A stretch of DNA of 35,347 nt, taken from the NCBI GenBank assembly GCA_038087875.1, contig JAXLNO010000489.1:1-35347 (forward strand), given 5' to 3'. A program made the position numbers and the translations under genes. Below are positions 24,571 to 34,770 of this stretch, piece by piece. The stretch is from Malacoraja senta. Taxonomy: Eukaryota. Each line of letters opens with the position of its first letter. The first letter of the stretch is position 1. The notes under the pieces were generated by a model. The model was not told the DNA's origin and did no database searches. It saw nothing but the letters and a program-made list of their open reading frames with translations.

Positions 24571-27105
24571 AAAGTCGCCAAAAATCCAGCAAGATCGCAA
24601 CATTTCCGTCGAGATCGCCATAAATCCGGCAAGGTCGCCACATATCCGGCAAGATCGCCACATTCCCAGCGAGGTCGCCCCAAATCCGGCAAGGTCGCCA
24701 TTTTTCCGGCAAGGTCGCCATAAATACGGCAAGGTCGCCACAAATCCGGCCAGGCCGCAATATTTCCGGCACGGTCGCCATAAATATGGCAAGGTCGCCC
24801 CAAATCCGGCAAGGTCGCCATTGTTCCGGCAAGGTCGCCACAAATCCGGCAAGGTCGCCACATTTCCGGCAAGGTCGCCATTAATCCGGCAAGGTCGCCA
24901 CAAATCCAGCAAGGTCGCCACAAATGCGGCAAGGTCGCCACATCCCCGGCAAGGACGCCATGAATCCGGCAAGGAGGCCATATTTCCGGCAAGGTCGCCA
25001 TTAATCCGGGAATGTCTCCATAAATCCGGCAAGGTCGCCACATTCCGGTCAAGATCGCCATAAATCCGGCAATGTCGCCACAAATCCGGCAAGGACGCCA
25101 CATTTCCGGCAAGGTCGCCATAAATCCGGCAAGGTCACCACAAATCCAGCAGGGTCGCCACATTTCCGGCAAGGTCGCCACATTTCCGGCAACGTCGCCA
25201 TTAATCCGGGAATGTCGCCATAAATCCGGCAAGGTCGCCATATTCCCGGTAAGATCGCCAGAAACCCGGCAAGGTCGCCACAAATCCGGCAAGGTCGCCA
25301 CATTTCTGGCATGGTCGCCATAAATCCGGCAAGGTCGCCACAAATCCGGCAAGGTCGCCACATTTCCGGCAATGTCGCCATATTTCCGGCAAGATCACCA
25401 TAAATCCGGCAACGTCGCCATAAATCCGGCAAGGTCGCCATATTTCCGGCAAGGTCGCCATTAATCCGGGAATGTCTCCATAAATCCGGCAAGGTCGCCA
25501 CATTCCGGTCAAGATCGCCATAAATCTGGCAATGTCGCCACAAATCCGTCAAGGACGCCACATTTCCGGCAAGGTCGCCATTAATCCGGCAAGGTCGCCA
25601 CAAATCCAGCAGGGTCGCCACATTTCCGGCAAGGTCGCCACATTTCCGGCAAGGTCGCCATTAATCCGGGAATGTCGCCATAAATCCGGCAAGGTCGCCA
25701 CATTCCCGGTAAGATCGCCATAAACCCGGCAAGGTCGACACAAATCCGGCAAGGTCGCCACATTTCCGGCATGGTCGCCATAAATCCGGCAAGGTCGCCA
25801 CAAATCCGGCAAGGTCGCCACATTTCCGGCAATGTCGCCATATTTCCGGCAAGATCACCATAAATCCGGCAACGTCGCCACAAATGCGGCAAGGTCGCCA
25901 TAAATGCGGCAAGGTCGCCATAATTCCGGCAAGGTCGCCATAAATCCGGCAAGGTCGCCACATTCCCGGTAAGATCGCCATAAACCCGGCAAGGTCGACA
26001 CAAATCCGGCAAGGTCGCCACATTTCCGGCATGGTCGCCATAAATCCGGCAAGGTCGCCACAAATCCGGCAAGGTCGCCACATTTCCGGCAAGATCACCA
26101 TAAATCCGGCAACGTCGCCACAAATGCGGCAAGGTCGCCATAAATGCGGCAAGGTCGCCATAATTCCGGCAAGGTCGCCATAAATCCGGCAAGGTCGCCA
26201 TAAATCCGGCGAGGTCGCCATATTTCCGGCAAGGTCGCCATAAATCCGGCAAGGTCGCCATAATTCCGGCGATGTCGCCATATTTCCGGCAAAGTCGCCA
26301 TAAATCCGGCAAGTTTGCCATCAATCTGCAAAGTCGCCATTACTCCGGCAAGGTCGCCACAAGTTCGGCAAGGTCGGCACATTTCCGGCAAGGTCGCCAT
26401 AAATCCGGCAATGTCGCCACAAATCCCACAAGGTCGCCCTAAATCCGACAAGGTCGCCACAAATCCGGCAAGGTCGCCACATTTGCGGCAAGGTCGCTAT
26501 AAATCCGGCAAGGTCGCCACAAATACGGCATGGTCGCCATAAATCCGGCAATGTCGCCACAAATCCGGCAAGGTCGCCACATTTCCGGCAAGGTCGCCAT
26601 TAATCCGGGAACGTCGCCATAAATCCGGCAAGGTCGCCATATTTCCGGCAAGGTCGCCATTAATCCGGGAATGTCTCCATAAATCCGGCAAGGTCGCCAC
26701 ATTCCGGTCAAGATCGCCATAAATCCGGCAATGTCGCCACAAATCCGTCAAGGACGCCACATTTCCGGCAAGGTCGCCATTAATCCGGCAAGGTCGCCAC
26801 AAATCCAGCAGGGCCGCCACATTTCCGGCAAGGTCGCCACATTCCCGGTAAGATCGCCATAAACCCGGCAAGGTCGACACAAATCCGGCAAGGTCGCCAC
26901 ATTTCCGGCATGGTCGCCATAAATCCGGCAAGGTCGCCACAAATCCGGCAAGGTCGCCACATTTCCGGCAATGTCGCCATATTTCCGGCAAGATCACCAT
27001 AAATCCGGCAACGTCGCCACAAATGCGGCAAGGTCGCCATAAATGCGGCAAGGTCGCCATAATTCCGGCAAGGTCGCCGTAAATCCGGCAAGGTCGCCAT
27101 AATTC

Positions 27106-29420
27106 CGGCGATGTCGCCATATTTCCGGCAAAGTCGCCATAAATCCGGCAAGTTTGCCATCAATCTGCAAAGTCGCCATTACTCCGGCAAGGTCGCCACA
27201 AGTTCGGCAAGGTCGGCACATTTCCGGCAAGGTCGCCATAAATCCGGCAAGGTCGCCACAAATCCCACAAGGTCGTCCTAAATCCGGCAAGTAGCCACAA
27301 ATCCGGCAAGGTCGCCACATTTGCGGCAAGGTCGCTATAAATCCGGCAAGGTCGCCACAAATACGGCATGGTCGCCACATCCCCGGCAAGGTCGCCATAA
27401 ATCCGGCAATGTCGCCACAAATCCGGCAAGGTCGCCACATTTCCGGCAAGATCGCCATAAATCCGGCAAGGTCGCCACAAATCCGGCAAGGTCGCCACAT
27501 TTCCGGCAAGGTCGCCATAAATCCGGCAAGGTCGCCATAAATCGGGCAAGGTCGCCACATTTCCGGCAAGGTCGCCATATTTCCAGCAAGGTCACCATAA
27601 ATCCGGCAAGGTCGCCCCAAATCCGGCAAGGTCCACATATTTCCGGCAAGGTCGCTATACATCCGGAAAAGTCGCCAAAATCCGGCAAGATCGCCACATT
27701 TGCGGCAAGGTCGCCAGAAATCCGGCATCGTCGCCACAAATCCGGCTAAGTCGCCACATTTCCGGCAAGGTCACCATGAATCCGGCAAGGTCGCCACATT
27801 TCAGGCAAGGTCGCCATAAATCCGGCAACTTCGCCACAAATCCCACAAGGTCGCCTTACATCCAGCAAGGTCGCCACAAATCCGGAACGTCGCCACATTT
27901 GCGGCAAGGTCGCCATAAATCCGGCTTGGTCGCCACAAATCCGGCAAGGTCGCCACATCCCCGGCAAGTTCGCCATTAATCCGGGAATGTCGCAATAAAG
28001 CCGGCAATGTCGCCACATTTCCGGCAAAGTCGCCATTAATCCGGTAATGTCGCCGTAAATCCGGCAAGGTTGCCACATTCCCGGCAAGGTCGCCTTAATC
28101 CGGCAAAGACGCCACAAATCCGGCAAGGTCGCCACATTTCCGGCAAGGTCGCCATAAATCCGGCAATGTCTCCACAAATCAGGCAAGGTCGCCACATTTC
28201 CGGCAATGTCGCCATGTTTCCGGCAAGGTCACCATAAATGCGGCAAGGTCGCCACAAATGCGGCGATGTCGCCATATTTCCGGCAAAGTCGCCATAAATC
28301 CGGCAAGTTTGCCATCAATCTGCAAAGTCGCCATTACTCCGGCAAGGTCGCCACAAGTTCGGCAAGGTCGGCACATTTCCGGCAAGGTCGCCATAAATCC
28401 GGCAAGGTCGCCACGAATCCCACAAGGTCGTCCTAAATCCGGCAAGGTCGCCACAAATCCGGCAAGGTCGCCACATTTGCGGCAAGGTCGCTATAAATCC
28501 GGCAAGGTCGCCACAAATACGGCAAGGTCGCCACATCCCCGGCAAGGTCGCCATAAATCCGGCAATGTCGCCACAAATCCGGCAAGGTCGCCACATTTCC
28601 GGCAAGATCGCCATAAATCCGGCAAGGTCGCCACAAATCCGGCAAGATCGCCACATTTCCGGCAAGGTCGCCATAAATCCGGCAAGGTCGCCATAAATCG
28701 GGCAAGGTGGCCACATTTCCGGCAAGGTCGCCATATTTCCGGCAAGGTCACCATAAATCCGGCAAGGTCACCCCAAATCCGGCAAGGTCCACATATTTCC
28801 GGCAAGGTCGCTATACATCCGGCAAAGTCGCCAAAATCCGGCAAGATCGCCACATTTGCGGCAAGGTCGCCAGAAATCCGGCATCGTCGCCACAAATCCG
28901 GCTAAGTCGCCACATTTCCGGCAAGGTCACCATGAATCCGGCAAGGTCGCCACATTTCAGGCAAGGTCGCCATAAATCCGGCAACTTCGCCACAAATCCC
29001 ACAAGGTCGCCTTACATCCAGCAAGGTCGCCACAAATCCGGAACGTCGCCACATTTGCGGCAAGGTCGCCATAAATCCGGCTAGGTCGCCACAAATCCGG
29101 CAAGGTCGCCACATCCCCGGCAAGTTCGCCATTAATCCGGGAATGTCGCAATAAATCCGGCAATGTCGCCACATTTCCGGCAAAGTCGCCATTAATCCGG
29201 GAATGTCGCCGTAAATCCGGCAAGGTTGCCACATTCCCGGCAAGGTCGCCTTAAATCCGGCAAGGACGCCACAAATCCGGCAAGGTCGCCACATTTCCGG
29301 CAAGGTCGCCATAAATCCGGCAAAGTCTCCACAAATCAGGCAAGGTCGCCACATTTCCGGCAATGTCGCCATGTTTCCGGCAAGGTCACCATAAATGCGG
29401 CAAGGTCGCCACAAATGCGG
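27106..29420 (+). repeat. Tandem duplication, ~1156-bp unit x2
   Basis: CGGCGATGTCGCCATATTTCCGGCAAAGTC occurs at 27106 and 28261. ORF pairs 27335/28491, 27655/28811 and 27801/28957 are all offset by 1156. Confidence 0.87.
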
Positions 29421-31507
29421 CAAGGTCGCAATAAATCCGGCAAGGTAGCCATAAATCCGGCGAGGTCGCCATATTTCCGACGAGGTCACCATAAATCCGG
29501 TAAGGTCGCCATAATCCCGGCGAGGTCGCCATCTTTCCTGCAAAACCGCCATAAATCCGGCAAGGTCGCCATCAATCGGCAAGGTCGCGATAAATCTGCA
29601 AAGTCGCCATAACTCTGGCAATGTCGCCGTATTTCCGGCACGGTCGACATAAATCCTGCTAGGACGCCATAAATCCGGCTAGGTCGCCATATTTCCGGCA
29701 AGGTCGCCATTAAACCGGGAATGTCGCCATAAATCCGGCTAGGTCGCCACATTCCGGTCAAGATCGTCATAAATCCGGCAATGTCGCCACAAATCCGGCA
29801 AGGTCGCCACATTTCCGGCAAGGTCGCCATAAATCCGGCAAGGTCGCCACAAATCCAGCAGGGTCGCCACATTTCCGGCAAGGCCGCCACATTTCCGGCA
29901 AGGTCGCCATTAATCCGGGAATGTCGCCATAAATCCGGCAAGGTCGCCACATTTCCGGTAAGGTCGCCATAAACCCGGCAAGGTCGCCAGAAATCCGGCA
30001 AGGTCGCCACATTTCCGGCATGGTCGCCATAAATCCGGCAAGGTCGCCACAAATCCGGCAACGTCTCCACATTTCCGGCAATGTCGCCATATTTCCGGCA
30101 AGATCACCATAAATCCGGCAACGTCGCCACAAATGCGGCAATGTCGCCATAAATGCGGCAAGGTCGCCATAATTCCGGCAAAGTCGCCATAAATCCGGCA
30201 AGGTCGCCATAAATCCGGCGAGGTCGCCATATTTCCGGCGAGGTCGCCATAAAATCCGGCAATGTCGCCATAATTCCGGCGATGTCGCCATATTTCCGGC
30301 AAAGTCGCCATAAGTCCGGCAAGTTTGCCATCAATCTGCAAAGTCGCCGTAACTCCGGCAAGGTCGCCACAAGTTCGGCAAGGTCGCCACATTTCCGGCA
30401 AGGTCGCCATAAATCCGGCAAGGTCGCCACAAATCCCACAATGTCGCCAAAAATCCGGCAAGGTCGCCACAAATCCGGCAAGGTCGCCACATTTGCGGCA
30501 AGGTCGCCATAAATCCGGCAAGGTCGCCACAAATACGGCAAGATCGCCACAATTCCGGCAAGGTCGCCATAAATCCGGCAAGGTCGCCACAAATCCGGTA
30601 AGGTCGCCACATCCCCGGCAAGGTCGCCATAAATCCGTCAAGGTCGCCACAAATCGGTCAAGGTCGCCACATTTCAGGCAAGGTCGCCATAAATTGGCAA
30701 GGTCGCCACAAATCCTGCAAGGTCGCCACATTTCCGGCAAGGTCGCCATTAATCCGGGAATGTCGCCATAAATCCGGCAAGGTCGCCACATTCCCGGCAA
30801 GGTCGCCATAAATCAGGCAAGGTCGCCGCAAATCCGACAAGGTCCCCATGAATCCGGCAATGTAGCCACATTTCCGGCAAGATCGCCATAAATCCGGCAA
30901 GGTCGCCACAAATTCGGCAAGGTCGCCATATTTCCGGCACGGTCGCCATAAATATGGCAAGGTCGCCCCAAATCCGGCAAGGTCGCCATATTGCCGGCAA
31001 GGTCGCCATAAATCCGACTAGGTCGCCACAAATTCGGCAAGGTCGCCACATTTACGGCAAGGTCGCCATAAATCCGGCAAGGTCGCCACAAACCAGGCAA
31101 GGTCGCCACATTTCCGGCGAGGTCGCCATACATCCGGCAAAGTCGCCAAAAATCCAGCAAGATCGCAACATTTCCGTCGAGATCGCCATAAATCCGGCAA
31201 GGTCGCCACATATCCGGCAAGATCGCCACATTCCCAGCGAGGTCGCCAACAATCCGGCAAGGTCGCCATAAATCCGGCAAGGTCGCCATAAATCCGGCAA
31301 GGTCGCCACATATCCCGCAAGGTCGCAATATTTCCGGAACGGTCGCCATAATTATGGCAAGGTCGCCCCAAATCCGGCAAGGTCGCCATTTTTCCGGCAA
31401 GGTCGCCACAAATCCGGCAAGATCGCCATAAATCCGGCAAGGTCGCCACAAATCCGGCCAGGCCGCAATATTTCCGGCACGGTCGCCATAAATATGGCAA
31501 GGTCGCC

Positions 31508-32481
31508 ACCTTGCCGGAAATATGGCGACCTCGCCGGATTTGTGGCGACATTGCCGGATTTATGGCGACCTTGCCGGAAATATGGCGACCTCGCCGGATT
31601 TGTGGCGACCTTGCCGGTAATATGGCGACCTTGCCGGAAATATGGCTACTTCGCCGGATTTGTGGCTACCTTGCCGGATTTGAGGCGACCTTGCCGGAAA
31701 TATGGCGACCTCGCCGGATTTATCGCTACCTTGCCGGATTTGTGCAGACATTGCCGGAAATATGGCGACCTTGCCGGTAATATGGCGACCTTGCCGGAAA
31801 TATGGCGAACTCGCCTGATTTATGGCTACCTTGCCTGAAATATGGCGACCTTGCCGCAATTATGGCGACATCGCCGGATTTATGGCGACCTTGCCGGAAA
31901 TATGGCGACCTCGCCGGACTTGTGGCGACCTCGCCGGATTTATGGCGACCTTGCCGGAAATATGGCAACCTTGCCGGATTTGTGGCGACCTCGCCGGATT
32001 TATGGCGACCTTGCCAGAAATATGGAGACCTCGCTAGATTTGTGGCGACCTTGCCGGATTTATGGCGACCTTGCCGAAAATATGTCGACCTCGCCGGATT
32101 TGTGGGGACCTTGCCGGATTTATGGCGACCTTGCCGGAAATATGGCGACCTTGCCGGATTTGTGGCGACCTTGCCGGATTTATGGCGACATTGCCGGATT
32201 TGTGGCGACCTTGCCGGAAATATGGCGACCTCGCCGGATTTGTGGCGACCTTGCCGGATTTATGGCGACCTTGCCGGAAATATGGCGACCTCGCCGGATT
32301 TGTGGCGACCTTGCCGGATTTATGACGTCCATGCCGGGAAAATGGCTACTTCGCCGGATTTGTGGCGACCTTGCCGGAATTGAGGCGACCTTGCCGGAAA
32401 TATGGCGACCTCGCCGGATTTATCGCTACCTTGCCGGATTTGAGCCGACCTTGCCGGAAATATGGCGACCTTGCCGGTAAT
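31508..32481 (-). repeat. Inverted block of the 20-bp satellite (~49 monomers, subfamily B type)
   Basis: The sequence switches to ACCTTGCCGGAAATATGGCG (reverse complement of the monomer) at 31508 and returns to the forward orientation at 32481/32482. The ORF track flips strand over the same interval. Confidence 0.97.
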
Positions 32482-34500
32482 GGCAATGTCGCCATATTTC
32501 CAGCAAGGTCGCCATAAATCCGGCAATGTCGCCACAAATCCGGCAAGGTCGCCATATTTCCGTCAAAGTCGCCATAAATCCGGCAAGGTCGTCACAAATC
32601 TGGCCAAGTCGCCATATTTCCGGCAAGGTCGCCATATATCCGGCAAGATCGCCACAAATCCGGCGAGGTCGCCATATTTCCTGCAAGATCGCAATTTATC
32701 CGGTAAGGTCGCAATAAATCCGGCGAGGTCGCCATATTTCCGGCAAGGTCGCCACAAATCCGGCAAGGTCGCCATAAATCCGGCAAGGTCGCCAGAAATG
32801 CGTTGAGGTCGCCATATTTCCGGCAAGGTCGCCACAAGCCTGGCAAGGTCGCCATAAATCCGGCGAGGTCGCCATATTTCCGGCAAGTCGCCACAAATCC
32901 GGAAAGGTCGCCATAAATCCGGCAAGGGCGTCATAAATCCGGCAACATCGCCATATTTCCGGCAATATCGCCATATATCCGGCAAGGTCGCCACAAACCC
33001 GGCAAGGTCGCCATATTTCCGACCAGGTCGCCTTAAATCCGGCAAGGTCGCCACAAATCCGGCAAGGTCGCCATATTTCCGGCAAGGTCTTCATAAATCC
33101 GGCGAGCTCGCCATATTTCCGACGTCGCCACAAATCCTGCAAGGTCGCCATAAATCCGGAGAGTTCGCCATATTTAAGGCAAGGTCGCCACAAATCCGGA
33201 AAGGTCGCCATAAATCCGGCAATGTCGCCACAAATACGGCAAGGTCGACATAATTCCGTCATAGTGGCCATAAATCCGGCAAGGTCGCCACAAATACGGC
33301 ATGGTCGCCATATTTCCGGCAAGGTCGCCATATTTCCGGCAAGGTCGCCATAAATGCGGCGAGGTCGCCATATTTCCGGCAAGGTCGCCATAAATCCAGC
33401 GATGTTGCCATATTTCCGGCAAGGTCGCCATACATCCGGCAAGATCGCCACAAAGCCGGCAAGGTCGCCATATTTCCGACATGGTCGCCATATATCCGGC
33501 AAGGTCGCCACAAATCTGGAAATGTCTCCATATTTCCAGCAAGGTCGCCATAAATCCGGCAATGTCGCCACAAATCCGGCAAGGTCGCCATATTTCCGTC
33601 AAAGTCGCCATAAATCCGGCAAGGTCGCCACAAATCTGGCAAAGTCGCCATATTTCCGGCAAGGTCGCCATATATCCGGCAAGATCGCCACAAATCCGGC
33701 GAGGTCGCCATATTTCCTGCAAGATCGCAATTTATCCGGTAAGGTCGCAATAAATCCGGCGAGGTCGCCATATTTCCGGCAAGGTCGCCACAAATCCGGC
33801 AAGGTCGCCATAAATCCGGCAAGGTCGCCAGAAATGCGGCGAGGTCGCCATATTTCCGGCAAGGTCGCCACAAGACTGGCAAGGTCGCCATAAATCCGGC
33901 GAGGTCGCCATATTTCCGGCAAGGTCGCCACAAATCCGGAAAGGTCGCCATAAATCCGGCAAGGGCGTCATAAATCCGGCAAGGTCGTCAGAAATCCGGC
34001 AACATCGCCATATTTCCGGCAATATCGCCATATTTCCGGCAATATCGCCATATATCCGGCAAGGTCGCCACAAACCCGGCAAGGTCGCCATATTTCCGAC
34101 CAGGTCGCCTTAAATCCGGCAAGGTCGCCACAAATCCGGCAAGGTCGCCATATTTCCGACAAAGTCTTCATAAATCCGGCGAGGTCGCCATATTTCCGGC
34201 GTCGCCACAAATCCTGCAAGGTCGCCATAAATCCGGAGAGGTCGCCATATTTAAGGCAAGGTCTCCACAAATCCGGAAAGGTCGCCATAAATCCGGCAAT
34301 GTCGCCACAAATACGGCAAGGTCGACATAATTCCGTCATAGTAGCCATAAATCCGGCAAGGTCGCCACAAACACGGCATGGTCGCCATATTTCCGGCAAG
34401 GTCGCCATATTTCCGGCAAGGTCGCCATAAATGCGGCGAGGTCGCCATATTTCCGGCAAGGTCGCCATAAATCCAGCGATGTTGCCATATTTCCGGCAAG
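32481..34500 (+). repeat. Tandem duplication in subfamily B, 1036-bp unit; second copy ~41 bp longer and incomplete
   Basis: TGG(C/A)AATGTC(G/T)CCATATTTCCAGC occurs at 32481 and 33517. ORF starts 32686/33722 are offset by 1036. TATTTAAGGC recurs at an offset of ~1077. Confidence 0.85.
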
Positions 34501-34770
34501 GACGCCATAAACCCGGCGAGGTCGCCATATTTCCGGCAAGGTCGCCATAAATGCGGCGAGGTCGCCATATTTCCGGCAAGGTCGCCATAAATCCAGCGAT
34601 GTTGCCATATTTCCGGCAAGGACGCCATAAATCCGACGAGGTCGCCATATTTCCGGCAAGGTCGCCATATATCCGGCAAGGTCGCCAAAAATCCAGCGAT
34701 GTTGCCATATTTCCGGCAAGGACGCCATAAATCCGGCGAGGTCGCCATATTTCCGGCAAGGTCGCCATAT
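34431..34770 (+). repeat. Short higher-order repeat, 120/100-bp period x3
   Basis: CCAGCGATGTTGCCATATTTCCGGCAAGGACGCC occurs at about 34473, 34593 and 34693. Confidence 0.78.

Larger units (their letters stand above)
186..31507 (+). repeat. 20-bp satellite array, subfamily A (consensus AAATCCGGCAAGGTCGCCAY, ~1,570 monomers)
   Basis: Uninterrupted head-to-tail monomers with a conserved core CCGGCAAGGTCGCCA and a variable linker (TAAAT, CAAAT, CATTT, TATTT, TTAAT). Diagnostic A variants are CCACATTTCC and TTAATCCGGGAATGTC. Confidence 0.98.

Noticed and set aside
31508..32481. DNA transposon or MITE with terminal inverted repeats
   Set aside because: The block consists entirely of satellite monomers, with no distinct termini, target-site duplication or transposase.
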